Positions 1 to 12,879 of a stretch of DNA of 64,000 nt are shown here, in pieces (positions within the stretch are counted from its first letter, which is position 1; every line of letters begins with the position of its first letter). Location of the stretch: the NCBI RefSeq assembly GCF_004010195.1, contig NC_057731.1:9840273-9904272 (forward strand), written 5' to 3'. The DNA comes from Chiloscyllium plagiosum. Lineage: Eukaryota. The position numbers and the translations under genes were made by a program. The notes below the pieces were generated by a model that did not search any database, was not told the origin of the DNA, and saw only the letters and a list, made by a program, of their open reading frames with translations.

Positions 1-361
1 CAGACTGGGATCACGGATAGTTAGGTCAGGATCACGGTGAAGCAGACTGGGATCACATTTAATTAGGTCAGGATCACAGTGAACCAGACTGGGATCACGG
101 ATAGTTAGGTCAGGATCACGGTGAAGCAGACTGGGATCACATTTAATTAGGTCAGGATCACAGTGAACCAGACTGGGATCACGGATAGTTAGGTCAGGAT
201 CACGGTGAAGCAGACTGGGATCACATTTAATTAGGTCAGGATCACAGTGAACCAGACTGGGATCACGGATAGTTAGGTCAGGATCACGGTAAAGCAGACT
301 GGGATCACATTTAATTAGGTCAGGATCACAGTGAACCAGACTGGGATCACGGATAGTTAGT
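1..361. repeat. Tandem satellite with an 84-bp unit made of two alternating 42-bp variants (about 4.3 units visible, truncated by the window edge)
   Basis: A=cagactgggatcacggatagttaggtcaggatcacggtgaag and B=cagactgggatcacatttaattaggtcaggatcacagtgaac alternate ABABABAB; one substitution at 291. Confidence 0.97.
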
Positions 362-566
362 CTCCTCCGACCTATCACCCTCACCTTGACCTCTTTCCAC
401 CTATCAAATTTCCAACGTCCCTCCTCCAAGTCCCTCCTCCCTACCTTTTATCTTCTCCTGCTGAACACTCTCTGCTCATTCCTGAAGAAGGGCCTGTGCC
501 CGAAACGTCGAATCTCCTGTTCCCTGGATGCTGCCTGACCTGCTGTGCTGTTCCAGCAATAAAGTT
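362..566 (+). mobile_element. Penelope-like element terminal (pseudo-LTR) fragment, young
   Basis: Pyrimidine-rich tract, hammerhead motif, then ggatgctgcctgacctgctgtgctgttccagcaataaagtt, identical to the arm at 44381-44433. Confidence 0.8.
478..513 (+). ncRNA. Minimal type I hammerhead ribozyme motif, intact core
   Basis: ATTC-CTGAAGA-A-GGGC(CTGT)GCCC-GAAAC-GTC-GAAT: stem I ATTC/GAAT, CUGANGA core, 4-bp stem II, GAAA, loopless palindromic stem III (ACGT); predicted cleavage after C509. Confidence 0.8.
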
Positions 567-1847
567 CCCTTTTCAATGCCAATCAGCATTAATTTATGAC
601 CTCCACAAAGCCATTGCTGGCTGTTCCTTTGCCAAAAATCACAGCCTTTGTCCTTGTTATCAACATGATCCAAGATTCTATTTGAGTATTCTCCTTCCAA
701 ACAGCTTACCAGTATGTGTTCTCCATTCCATGAACTTGGTATTCATTCATCACCAACTTTATTTGATCACCAGTGTCTTGCCTCTGAATTTCCTTCTGAA
801 ACTATTCCAGCTTGCTCTTTCCCTTCTTGCCTATTAAAGACTGATGTTTTGAATGAATCCTTAATGGCTTTTACACATTGCTTCCCGCTCAGTAACTATC
901 TATTACTTGTAAGTTCCTTGAGTCATTTTATATAAGGAGTGCTGAGTAATTGGCACTTTTTGGTCAATATTCAGAGGTTGTCTGAGATGATCAAAATCTG
1001 CTTCTGACCATAACTCAATGATGATATATCCTGAACATCTAATCTATTGATGCCTTGATTCTGGGCTTCTGAGATGCTGACTATTTCTATTTAGCACTTT
1101 TTCTTCTTAATGCATGTCATAGGTATTCCTGAATACTTGCATTAATAGACAGCATCTTTCTCATTGAAGAAACCAGGAGCTTTTATCTGGAAATCCTTTC
1201 CCCAAACATAAACTCCACTATTCTCATCAGTGGGTGCTTTGGAGTGCAATGAGTTACAAACTGCATATTTGTAGTCTACAAAGGCAGCTGCCCATGTTAA
1301 ACAGCAGTTGCCTCTAGTCAGGTGGAGATTAGCTCTGCAAAGATCAGGTCTAACGTTAAGATCTTATTTCGGATATGGTCCCGAGATACCTTTGGGAGAA
1401 GGTCGGTATTCTTTGGCAGACTTTAAGATGCCATTTGAGATTGTTAAAAGTAGATATGATTCTGTGCACAAATCCACTGGAATTTTCAAGAAAGCTATCC
1501 AAAGCAGCTGTCTGAAAGAACTGTCAAAACCTGTCAAGACAACTGCAACTTTTAGCCCCCAATTGTTTGAATTGTTAGCAGTAAAATAAAATACTGTTTG
1601 TTATTTCACTCTGCCTATTGACATAAACCTGAGGTTTATCATTATGAGAATAGTGTTGCATGAATGATTTCACAATCTTCCATTATCTAATTAGCTGCCT
1701 GGCATTTCAGAATTTTATTGACAGATCCAAACTTTAGACCTTTTAGGATTATTCATTGTAATGCATGTTTTTAGATGGATTGCGTACTTGAAATAAATGT
1801 TTCTTTTTCGTAAAGGATTATATAATGTAAGCAAATTAATGGAGTGA

Positions 1848-2045
1848 GGGGGTCAGTTAGCTCAGTTGTAGTTTGTGAGACAAAGTGATGCCAACAGCAC
1901 AGGTTCATTTTCCAAATCGCCTGACATACCATGAAGGTCCCACCTTCTCAATCTCAGCTCATTGCTGAGATATGGTGACACCACCCCCAGAAGAAATCAC
2001 CACCAGTCATCTCTCTCCAACGAACAAACCACCTGGAACTATAGT
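1848..2045 (+). mobile_element. Degenerate tRNA-derived SINE
   Basis: A-box-like gttagctcagttg and B-box-like caggttcattttcc followed by a SINE-like body. Confidence 0.5.
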
Positions 2046-2319
2046 GCCTTTTAATAGGATAATTTTTAAAAAATAAATGGGGCTTTTGTTTTTAAAAGTA
2101 ACAACAAAGTTTGCACCTGTTATTTAGAACTCTAATCTTGACATAGGGCCTGAGCTCTGTCCTTGGTCAATACTGCATGTGTTGGCATGGAGGGTACAAG
2201 GGCAAGAAGTACTGGGAAGGGAAGCATGCATTGGCATTAATTGGCAATAACTTGACACAGAAACTAAAAGGATTGGCATGAAGAATAGGAGAGGTTATGG
2301 AGGGTGGTGAAGGACATAG

Positions 2320-2516
2320 TCAAGAGTGTGGTGCTGGAAAGGCACAGCAGGTCAGGCGGCATCCGAGGAGCAGGAAAATCTACATTTTGGGCAAAAGCTC
2401 TTCATCAGGATTCCTGATGAAGGGCTTTTGTCCAAAACGTCGATTTTCCTGCTCTGCCCTTCGAACACCACACTCTTGACTATAATCTCCAGCATCTGCA
2501 GAACTCACTTTCGCCC
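2320..2516. mobile_element. Penelope-derived fold-back insertion with two head-to-head decayed hammerheads and a 15-bp TSD
   Basis: Centre of symmetry ...cttcatcagga|ttcctgatgaag...; direct repeat tggtgaaggacatag at 2305-2319 and 2517-2531. Confidence 0.85.
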
Positions 2517-3035
2517 TGGTGAAGGACATAGCCTAGCATAAATGCATATGCACTGGGCATAGTTAGTGTGTAGGGTGATGGGTGGAGGGGTTTTAAAGTT
2601 ATATTCATCTTTTCAAATCTTGGTTAAAGTGCCAATGATCCAATGCAGGCCTCGTACACAGCACATCTTTGTACCTGTCAGAATGCTTGCTGCTTCTAAA
2701 GTTACCCCCAATGACTCTCAGACAATCTAAATGAAAATGCAAAGTTCACATTCTCTTGGTTTGGGTTTGCTGGGCTGGAAAATGTCCATTCTCCATGATA
2801 TCCACCAGGGAGAGAAAGTTCAGGCCTCAAATTTTGAAAAGATCAAATATTAAGGATCGACATTTGGCATAGAAAAGGAGTACATTTGTCCATTAAAATT
2901 ATTAACATTCTCTAAATCAATCATCTGTTTCATTCCTCAGCCCCATAATAATGTATTGTTTTAATTCTCTTTCAAAAGCTTTTCTGTCTTTCTGTTCTTA
3001 CTGATTGTATACTGAATGCACTAGCAACATCATTG

Positions 3036-4065
3036 AACATAGAGATATGCAAATTAGGGAAAGAAATAGGCCACTTGGCCCTTTGAACTGACTCCACCAT
3101 TTAATAAGATAATGTCAAATCTGTTATTGCTTCAAATTCCACATTCTTACCTACCCAAAATATTCGCTGATTCATTTGGTGAACAAGAATCTATATAAAT
3201 CCAATTCAATAATATTCAATGATTCTGCAGAAAGTTCTAAATTTTCACAATCTGCTGAGAGAACGATAATCTCCCAATTCGACCCTAAAAGAGGAACCCC
3301 TAATTTTAAACCAGTCTCCTAGTTCTGCGCCGAAAAAGAAGACAATGAACCGTGGATACTGGAAATCTTGAAAAAAAAAATCAGACATTACTGGGAGAAC
3401 ACAGCAGATCTGGCAGCAACTGTGGAGAGAAAGTAGAAGGTTCTGAAGAAGGGTCACTGGATCCAAAAGAGAACTGTGCTTTCTTTCCACAGATCTTGCC
3501 AGGCTTGCTGAGTTTCTCCAGCAATTTCTGTTTTGCCCTAGTTCTGGACAAAACCACAGAAGGAAACACCCTTCCCATCTGCACTTTATTATGACCGTTA
3601 ATGATCTTGTAAACCTCAATCAAGTCACTCTCACTCTGCTAAACTTTAGTGGGAATAAGCACCGTCTGTTCAACTTTCATTCCAGGTGAAGGGCTTTTGC
3701 CCGAAACGTCGATTCTCCTGCTCCTCGGATGCAGCTGACCTGCTGTGCTTTTCCAGCACCACACTCTTGTTTCTAATCTCCAGCATCTGGAATCCTCACT
3801 TTTGCCCTACTCAACTTTCCTCAGAATACATCCTGCTCATTTCAGCTATTAATATGGTAAACCTCCTGGGATCCACCTCAAATGTATTTGCCACTCTCCT
3901 TTAATGACCAAACCAAAGCTGCTCATATTATTTCCATTGTGGACTCAGAACTGTTCTGTATAACTGAAGAATAATATTAGAATCATGTATTCAATTCTCC
4001 TTACAATAAACAATGATATCCCAGTACCCTTAATTATCAATGTAACTGCATTCTAAATTTTTGCG
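3036..4065 (-). mobile_element. Old CR1 LINE 3' fragment interrupted by two Penelope-derived inserts (about 3351-3535 and 3685-3810)
   Basis: ORF-track peptide IEVYKIING..VQMGRVF is the CR1 ORF2 C-terminus; the inserts carry ctgaagaagggtcactgg and gaagggcttttgcccgaaacgtcga. Confidence 0.7.
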
Positions 4066-4343
4066 ATTGAATTTAATCTGCATTTAAAAGTAAGTTTATT
4101 GGTGACCATCTTCAATTTATGCCATCAGTGTTCTTTTCATATCAAGTCCCATGACAACTTGGAGTACCATCTCCTTCAAGATTTTGGTGATTCAGTCAAA
4201 GAGACTCAAATTCTAATTCCTTGGATCATCTTAGTGAATCTCTACTGATCCCTATCAAATCTGATATCCTCTCAAAGTAGCAGGTTGAATAACAAATATA
4301 ATAGTCTAAAGGTAACCTTTTCACTGACTCATATCAATTAAAT

Positions 4344-4840
4344 ATAGGAAGGATGTTGTGAAACTGGAAAGGATTCTGAAAAGATTTACAAGGATGTTGC
4401 CAGAGTTGGAGGGTTTGAGCTAGAGGGAGAAACTGAATAGGCTGTGGCTATTTCCCTAGAGCATCTAGGCTGAGGGGTGACTTTATAGAGGTTTATAAAA
4501 TCATGAGGGGCATGAATACGGTGAACAGGTAAGGTCTTTTCCCTGGGATGTGGGAGTCCAGAACTAGAGGGCATAGGTTTAAATCTAAAGAGGAAAGATT
4601 TAAAAGGTTCCTACGGGGTAAACTTTTCACAGAGAGGGTAATGCATGTATGAAAGTGGTGGAGGCTGGTACAATTACAACATTCAACAAGCATCCGGATA
4701 GGTATACGTCTAGGAAGGAATTAGAGAGATATGGTCAAATGCTGGCAAATGGGACTAGATTAATTTTAGATACCTGGTTTGCATAGATGAGTTGGACCAA
4801 GGCAGGGTCTGTTTCCATGCCGTACAGCTCTATTACTCCA
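4344..4840 (+). mobile_element. CR1 (HER1-like) LINE 3' fragment
   Basis: RKDVVKLER..FTRMLP..RGDFIEVYKIMRG-type coding remnant plus CR1 3' UTR (gggtctgtttccatg...). Confidence 0.9.
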
Positions 4841-5539
4841 ATTAGCCTTTTAGCTATGCTTTGTACATCACAACCTACTGTAAAGCTCAGGAGCCCATTT
4901 TCTCATTTTTAAAAATCTATTAACTTTTCCTGCTATAGTTTTTTTTGTTATTTGAGCTTCTAAAAGTTTATAAAATTTTATTCTTTACTCACAGAGGATT
5001 CAGAGAATTATGTTTGAATATTTGATGAATTAAGCTCCAATAATCCTTGGGGCACAGTTGAATTGATTCTATTGCATGTATGTATCCTTTGCACAACCTA
5101 TGAGGTCCTGGTTTAAAGATGTTCAAGAGGTTTGATCTGATTTAGGTGCACATTGTTAATCAGCTTAGCCAGCTTAGCTTCCATTGGCGTCCAATTCAAT
5201 ACTTGACGTGAATAATTCAATACATAATAAAATCAATATGAATTACCATAACAGCACATTAAGATAAATGAACAACCAATTCTTCTTGCGTGTGATTATT
5301 ACCTGAATACATAAGTTTATATGCCTTTAGTTTTACTATCAGGTTAGAAGTGAGCAAAAACTGGCTCAGATTTTATAGTCAGTCGTCCCTGTTTTTTGAT
5401 AGTCCTGTCGAGTCGAGTTTTTGCATGCTATTATGGTTACATTTTCTACTATCCGATCTATAGAGTGCTCTCAATAAAAGCTGAGCTGTATCTGAAAATA
5501 GGGTAAGCAATAGTAGTCTCTTTAATCAAAATTTTCACT

Positions 5540-6295
5540 AAGACTTTATACACTTTATGGTAAGGTCCCAGGGAGTGTTGCTGAACAAAGAGACCTTGGA
5601 AAGCAGGTTCATAGCTCCTTGAAAGTGGAGTCGCAGGTAGATAGGATAGTGAAGAAGGCATTTGGTATGCTTTCCTTTATTGGTCAGAGTACTGAGTACA
5701 TGAGTTGGAAAGGTCATGTGCAGCTGTACAGGACATTGGTTAGGCCACTGTTGGAATATTGTGTGCAATTCTGGTCTCTTTCCTATCGGAAAGATGTTGT
5801 GAAACTTGAAAGGGTTCAGAAAAGATCTATAAGGATGTTGCCAGGGTTGGAGGATTTGAGCTATGGGGGGAAGGCTGGGGCTACTTCCCCTGGAGCGTCG
5901 GAGGCTGAGGGGTGACCTTATAGAGGTTTACAAAATTATGAGGGGCATGGATAGGATAAATAGACAAAGTCTTTTCCCTGGGGTCGGGGAGTCCAGAACT
6001 AGAAGGCATAGGTTTAGGGTGAGAGGGGAAAGATATAAAAGAGACCTGAGGGGGCAACTTTTTCACGCAGAGGGTGGTACATGTATGGAATGAGCTGCCA
6101 GAGGAAGTGGTGAAGGCTGGTACAAATGCAACATTTAAGAGGCATTTGGATGGGTATATGAATAGGAAGGGTTTGGAGGGATACGGACCGGGTGCTGGCA
6201 GGTGGGCATAGATTGGGCTGAGATATCTGGTCGGCATGGACAGGTTGGACCAAAGGGTCTGTTTCCATGCTGTACATCTCTACGACTCTATGACA
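5540..6295 (+). mobile_element. CR1 (HER1-like) LINE 3' fragment
   Basis: Frameshifted ORFs LYRTLVRPLLEYCVQFWS and RRLRGDLIEVYKIMRG; ends in a gactctatgac tail. Confidence 0.93.
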
Positions 6296-7124
6296 TGCAG
6301 AATCTAAACCAGGAATTATTAATTAGATTTAAATTATAGACAAAAAGTTTAAAAAAAAAGGCCGTACAGGTGGAATTAAGAGAGAGAGATAAAAGAGATA
6401 GAATAAAATTAATTTTAGTTTATTTTTCTTATCTCTCGCAATAATTAAATTTTATAATACTAAAGTTTCAGGTCAGGCACAATTGTTTGATATGATGTAT
6501 ATATAATAGAAAATTGACTATCCTGAATACATCAGCTCTAACAATTTTCTGTCATGTTCAAAGGGTAACGAGTGAGTAGCATCACAATTCCACATCTGTT
6601 GTTGCAGAGTCTATCAGCAAGGTATTGCCATGGCAAAGTCCATGGAAGAGCAAGATAGCTCAGATCACAAGATCGGGATTTCTGCCTTGAACGCACATTT
6701 GCTGTCGCCAGAAGTTGCTGTCCAATTAACCCCATGCTAATGGTGAGTATTATCCGTCTTAACTTTTTTTCAGGGTAACTCAGGGGCTATGAGTGATTGT
6801 TCCTGCAGATTAACCCAAAAAGAACTTTCAAGCCTAGGTGAGAAAATAATAATTTTTACTGGAATGAAGCTCATGTGCATATAAGATTAAGTGCAGTAAT
6901 TACCATAATTAATTATAAAATTTATTCTGCATAATATCCTTCCATCTGTACACATAAACCCCTTGTACTTGAGATGTGTGTACTACAGCTTAACGTTCGT
7001 AAGGTATAATACTTGAAAGTGCAATCTCAGAGTATCACTTCCTCAAAATGTCAAGTACATAACATAAGTGAAATGCTAATGGCTCAAGTAACTCTTTACC
7101 TTTTAAGTTACCAGTTTCCTAAAC

Positions 7125-8860
7125 GGAGGACTGGTGGGTGACTACTGTGCCTTCATGTAAGAAAGGGTGTAAGATGTCTGGAAACTATAGATCTGTGAGA
7201 CTGACATCAGTGGTAGGTAAGTTGTTGGAGGGGATTCTGAAAGATAGGATTTCTCTGCTTTTGGAGGGGCAAGGACTGATTAGGGATAGTCAGCATTGCT
7301 TTGTGCGAGGGAAACTGTGACACACAAACTTGATTGAGTTTTTTGATGATGTAACCAAAGTAAGATGTTAATCTACCAACAGTAGATGTTTTCAATATGG
7401 ACTTTAGTGAAGCCTTTGACAAAGTTCCACATGGTAGACGAGTCAGATTACATGGGAACCAGGGAGAGCTTCCAATTGGATTAAAAATTGGCTTGATAGT
7501 TGGAGACAGATGGTGGTAGTGGAGGGTTGATCTTTGGACTGGAAGCCTGTGACCAATGGTATTCTGCAGGATTGCTGCTGGGTCCACTTTTGATTGTCAT
7601 TTATAGAAATAATTTGGATGGGTATTTAGGAGTCATGGTTAGTACGTTTGCAGATACCACCAACATTGGTCAGTGAGGAAGTGAACAGTGAGGAAGGTTA
7701 TTTACGATTACAAAGGACTCTTGATCAATTGGACCAATGGGTTGAGTGGCAGATGGAGTTTAATTGGGATAAATCAGAGGTGGTGCATTTAGTAAAACAA
7801 ACAAAGAAGGACTTATACAGTTAATAGTAGGGCCCTGGGTAGTCTTGTTGACCAGAGTGACCTAAGGGTTCAGGAACATAGTTCTTTGAAAGTTGCATCA
7901 TAGGTACACAGGGTGGTTAACATCGCATAAGCACACTTGCCTTCATTGCTCAGACTACTTAGGGCAGCACAGTGACTCAGTGGTTAGTACTGCTGCCTCA
8001 CAGCACCAGAGGCCCAGGTTCAATTCCAGCGTTGGATAACTGTCTGTGTAGAGTTTGCACATTCTCCCCCTGTCTGTGTGTGTTTCCTCCTGGTGCTCCG
8101 GTTTCCTCCCACAATCCAAAAATGTGCAGGTTAGGTAAATTAGCCATGCGAAATTGCCCATAATGTTCAGTAATGTGTAGGTTAGGTGCATTAGTCAGGG
8201 GTAAATGTAGATTTATAGGGTAGAAGAATAGCTTTGGTTGGGATACTCTTTGGAGGTTCAGTGTGGACTTGTTGGGCTGAAGGGCCTGCTTCCACACTAT
8301 AGAGATTCTATGAGTGCAAGAATTGGGATGTCATAGTAGGCCATTTTTTGAGTCATATATAGATTCCTGCTTCTGGAAGGATAGTATTAAATTGGAGCGG
8401 ATTCAGGATGTTGCCGGGAATGGAGAGTTTGAGTTATGAAAATAGGCTGAATAGGTTGGAACGTCTTTCACTGGAGCAATTGAGATTGAGTGGTGACCGT
8501 ATAGAGGTTTATAAAATCTTGACAGGCCTAGTTAAGGTGAATAGCAATGGTCTCTCCCCTAATATGGGGAGTTTAAAACGAGGGAGCACATTTTTAAGGA
8601 GAGGAAAAAGATTAAAAAGTGATCTGAGAGGCAACTTTTTTACACCGAGAGTGGTTTGTACCTGGAAGGAATTGCCAGAAGAAATGGTGGATGCAAGTAC
8701 AGTTTCAACATTTGAAAGACTTTTGGATATTTACATGAATAGGAAAGGTTGAGAGGGATATGGGCAAATTCAGGCGAGACTAAATTAGTTTGGGAAACAT
8801 AGTCAGCATGGACACTATGGCCTGAGGGGTTTGTTTCCACATTGTATGACTGTATGACAA
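7125..8860 (+). mobile_element. Decayed CR1 LINE (RT to 3' end) with a nested HE1-like SINE
   Basis: GNYRSVRLTSVVGKLLE..IRDSQHCFV and MLPGMESLSYENRL peptides; 3' tail tatgactgtatgac. Confidence 0.9.
7962..8312 (+). mobile_element. HE1-like tRNA-derived V-SINE
   Basis: A box gtgactcagtggttag, B box ggttcaattcc, central gtttgcacattctcccc...ggtttcctcccaca domain, CR1-type tail gggctgaagggcctg. Confidence 0.9.
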
Positions 8861-9543
8861 TGTTGCCGAAGAATTACTGAGAAACATGCTACTATACTAG
8901 ATGGGATTGAGGTTCACAAGGAGGAGGTGTTAGAAATTCTGGAAAGTGTGAAAATAGATAAATCCCCTAGGTCAATGGGATTGATCATAGGATTTTCTGG
9001 AAAGCCAGGGAGGAGATTGCAGGGCCTTTGGCTTTGAATTGTATGTCATCGTTGTCTATAGGAATAGTACCAGAAGACTGGAGGACAGCAAATGTTGTTC
9101 CTCATTCAAGAAGGGGAGTAGAGACAATTGAAAGACTTTTGGATATTTACATGAATAGGAAAGGTTGAGAGGGATATGGGCAAATTCAGGCGAGACTAAA
9201 TTAGTTTGGGAAACATAGTCAGCATGGACACTATGGCCTGAGGGGTTTGTTTCCACATTGTATGACTGTATGACAATGTTGCCGAAGAATTACTGAGAAA
9301 CATGCTACTATACTAGATGGGATTGAGGTTCACAAGGAGGAGGTGTTAGAAATTCTGGAAAGTGTGAAAATAGATAAATCCCCTAGGTCAATGGGATTGA
9401 TCATAGGATTTTCTGGAAAGCCAGGGAGGAGATTGCAGGGCCTTTGGCTTTGAATTGTATGTCATCGTTGTCTATAGGAATAGTACCAGAAGACTGGAGG
9501 ACAGCAAATGTTGTTCCTCATTCAAGAAGGGGAGTAGAAACAA
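8712..9543. repeat. Tandem duplication of 416 bp (8712-9127 and 9128-9543)
   Basis: Copies identical by eye except 9123 g vs 9539 a; the ORF track shows the same peptide start at 8840 and 9256 (offset 416). Confidence 0.95.
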
Positions 9544-10853
9544 CGCTGGTAATTATAGACCTGTGAGCCTTACTTCGGTTGTGGGTAAAGTATTGGAAAA
9601 GGTAATAAGAGATATGATTTATTACCATCTCAATAGGCATAAGTTGATTAGGGATAGTCAACATGGTTTTGTGAAGAGTAGGTTGTGCCTCACAAATCTT
9701 ATTGAGTTCTTTGAGGAAGTGACCAAACAGGTGGATGAGGGTAAAGCCATTGATGTGGTGTATATGGATTTCAGTAAGACATTTGATAAGTTTCCCCATG
9801 CTAGGCTACTGCACAAAATATGGAGGATTGAGGGTGATTTAGCAGTTTGGATCAGAAATTGGCTCGCTGAAAGAAGACAGAAGGTGGTGGTTGATGGGAA
9901 ATGTTCCTTCTGGTGTTCAGTTACTAGTGGTGTATTGCAAGGATCTGTGTTGGGTAAGGATGGATGGGTTAGTAAATTTGCAGATGACACTAAGGTCGGT
10001 ACAGTTGTGGATAAAGCTGAAGGATGTTGTACGTTACAGAGGGACATAGATAAGCTGCAGAACTGGGCTAAGAGGTGACAAATGGAGTTCAATGCAGAAA
10101 AGTGTGAGGTGATTCAATTTGGAAGGAGTAACAGGAATGCAGAGTACTGGTCAAAGGATAACATTCTTGGTAGTGTAGATGCGCAGAGAGATCTCAGCGT
10201 CCATGTGCGTTGATCCCTCAAAGTTGCCACCCAGGTTGACAGGGTTGTTAAAAAGGAATATGGTGTGTTATCTTTTATTAGTAGAGGGATCGGGTTTCAG
10301 AACCATGCTGAAACTGTACAAAATTCTGTTGCGGCTGCACTTAGAGTATTGAGTGCAGTTCTGGTCGCCACATTATAGGAAGAGTGTGGATGCTTTGGAA
10401 AGGGTTCAGAGGAGATCTACTAGGATGTTGCCTGGTATGGAGGGAGGGTCTTACAAGGAAAGGTTGAGGGACTGGGGGCTGTTTTGTTAGAGAGAAGAAG
10501 GTTGAGAGATGTCTTAATTGAGACATATAAGACAATCAGCGGGTCAGATAGGGTGGACATGGACAGCCTTTTTGCTAGGATTGTGATGGAGAGGACATAG
10601 CTTCAAATTGAGGGGTGATAGATCTTGGACAGATGCCAGAGGTAGTTTCTTTAATCGGAGAGTAATAGGATTGTGGAACGCACTGCCTGCAATAGTTGTA
10701 GACGTGCCAATTTTACAGGCATTTAAATGATCATTGGATAGACATATGGATGAAGATTGAATAGTGTGATGGGCTTCAGATTAGTTTTACAGAACGATGC
10801 AACATCGAGGGCTGAAGGGCCTATACTGCGTTATAATGTTCTATGTTCTATGT
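8861..10853 (+). mobile_element. CR1 LINE, 5'-truncated, RT domain to 3' tail
   Basis: 207-aa ORF 9455-10078 with NYRPVSLTSVVGK, YMDFSKTFD, QGSVLG, KFADDTK; tail (tgttcta)n. Confidence 0.95.
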
Positions 10854-12240
10854 GAATGACTTAACAAGTAGCAGAGAATACCAGGAAGAAATGACCAGCA
10901 ACAATCCCCAAACAAGAACGAATTTTCTCAAATTATTGCTTGTTTTTTTAAATTGCATTACAATAGTAAACTTTAAAAGATTATAATGTTTAAAGACTCC
11001 ATTTTTGATTTATCAAAACATTATAATTTGAGAGTATACATTTACATTTAGGATAAATTAGAGGTATCATATGATCTATGCTGGAGGCTAGCAGGCTGCA
11101 AAAACTGAATGGTAATTAGTAAGAATCAAAGCAAGATCAAATTGTGTTACTGAAAGTGAGGTGAGCAATATTTACATTTCAGGATAATCACAGCAATTGT
11201 GATGTCCACAATTAGAAGACTTAAACTCTCCTGAAACTCTTACAAAAGTTGGTATCAAGATTAGAAGTTGTTGTGCTGAAATTTACCCCTTGGATTCTAA
11301 GATGAAAATTGATTATGGTCAGAGATAGCTAATTAATATTTCTACTTGGCAACAGAAATGAGGTGTTTCCTGTTACAATGGTTTTCTGATTTTTGATAAC
11401 ACTATGCAAGAGGACAGTAAGGTCTAAGGTAGAGCGGAGAAAGCTGCTGTCATGAAATTTTGAAGGAAAACTGGAGAGTTATTTGCCAAACATTGAAAGA
11501 AGGGTCCCCTTGAAATCTCATACTTTGTAACATTGTTGCAGAAAAGCAAAGTGAATGCCAGAGTGCTATGCCATACTTGGTTTGATGTCAAAAGGAGAAG
11601 TGAATGAACTCTCAAGATCTCACAACATACATGGGAACTCTTTGGTGACATTAGGAAGTGAAATGGGAACATTCTTCCCAAGTATAAAAACTACAACATC
11701 AAGTTAGTAATGTTTGATTTAGTATATGTACACGCACAGTAACATTTTCTTATTTGAAGTAAGAACAATTTAAGGCATGATTCTTGCACTTGATCATTGG
11801 GTCTTTGAACATTTCTTTTAACATTTAACAGTTAGTGTAATGATCATGATTATTGTCATTTTCTTTCTTCATTCAAACAAACTCAAGATTAACTGGCATT
11901 TACAAAACAGAAGAAGGAAAAACACCAAAATAACATTACAATTGCTTATTTCAGGGAAGAAACTGATGCAAAACAAATTGTTACACTTTTATGAACTGGA
12001 AAGTTTGCTTCATGCTGGTTGTTGTCTGGACCAAGTATGCATGTAAGAGAGACTGAGTAATAGAAATTGTACTTTCATCACACTGTATTGCGATGTAACT
12101 GCAGTACTCAAAATGCATCACCAAAATATATTGACAAGTTAGGAAAGAATGTGAGGTAATTACGTGCACATGAGATAGAAAATCTTCATGTGATTTGTAA
12201 CTTCTCCCCTTGTTTTTGGGAAGTTTTAGGACTAGATTGT

Positions 12241-12367
12241 TCCTGATGAAGGGCTTATGCCTGAAACACCAATTCTCTTGCTCCTCGGATGCTGACTGAT
12301 CTGCTGTGCTTTTCCAGCACCATATTCATGACTCTGATCTCCAGCATCTGCAGCCCTCACTTTCTCT
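12241..12367 (+). mobile_element. Penelope-derived short insertion with a decayed hammerhead and 8-bp TSD
   Basis: tcctgatgaagggcttatgcctgaaac...; tagattgt at 12233-12240 and 12368-12375. Confidence 0.75.
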
Positions 12368-12879
12368 TAGATTGTGGCATGTCTCAGACAGAAATTTTGA
12401 AAAAAGTAATTATGATGTTGGCGCTTAACAGGGAAAATAACAATTTTTCACATTTCATGATTTACATGTTTAAGCCGGAAGGACAGGGAGGGGAAAAGCA
12501 CCAATGTCATAATTATTTTTTTAACACCCAGTTGAATCCAACATCTGCAGTCAGCACTGAAGTAAAGAAAAGATGGTATTTGAAATGAGTATTGGATGTT
12601 GAACTCGGGATCAAGGGAACTCTTGAAATGGGAGTGAAAATAGTGTCAGATATTCTGCCTAGAATCAATGAAGCAGTGCCAGAATGTGACAAAGATCAGA
12701 CATTCAGGTGATAGTTACTTGAAGGTTTGGCAATGATAAGCCGATAGATTTAGAAAAAAAATGTAAATAAACCTTGCAAATCGAGAAGCAGTTTTAAAGT
12801 TCTTTTTTAAAAAAAGTGTAATCATGTAATTATACTGGGAAAGGGAAGGTATGGCGGGAACCATCATTTGAATTGCACT

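Noticed and set aside
1-361. CRISPR-like array
   Set aside because: The intervening sequences are not unique spacers but two alternating variants; vertebrate context, no cas genes.
567-1590. Coding-looking segment with 113-aa and 93-aa ORFs
   Set aside because: No recognisable domain or PCDH15 similarity in the frames I translated; the first ORF starts inside a Penelope fragment.
7962-8040. tRNA genes at SINE heads (also 20422, 55324, 57978, 16361, 40135)
   Set aside because: A/B boxes continue into SINE or LINE bodies; no complete cloverleaf with terminator.
9455-10078. 207-aa ORF (and 214-aa ORF at 31164-31808) as host genes
   Set aside because: Both are CR1 ORF2 reverse transcriptase fragments.
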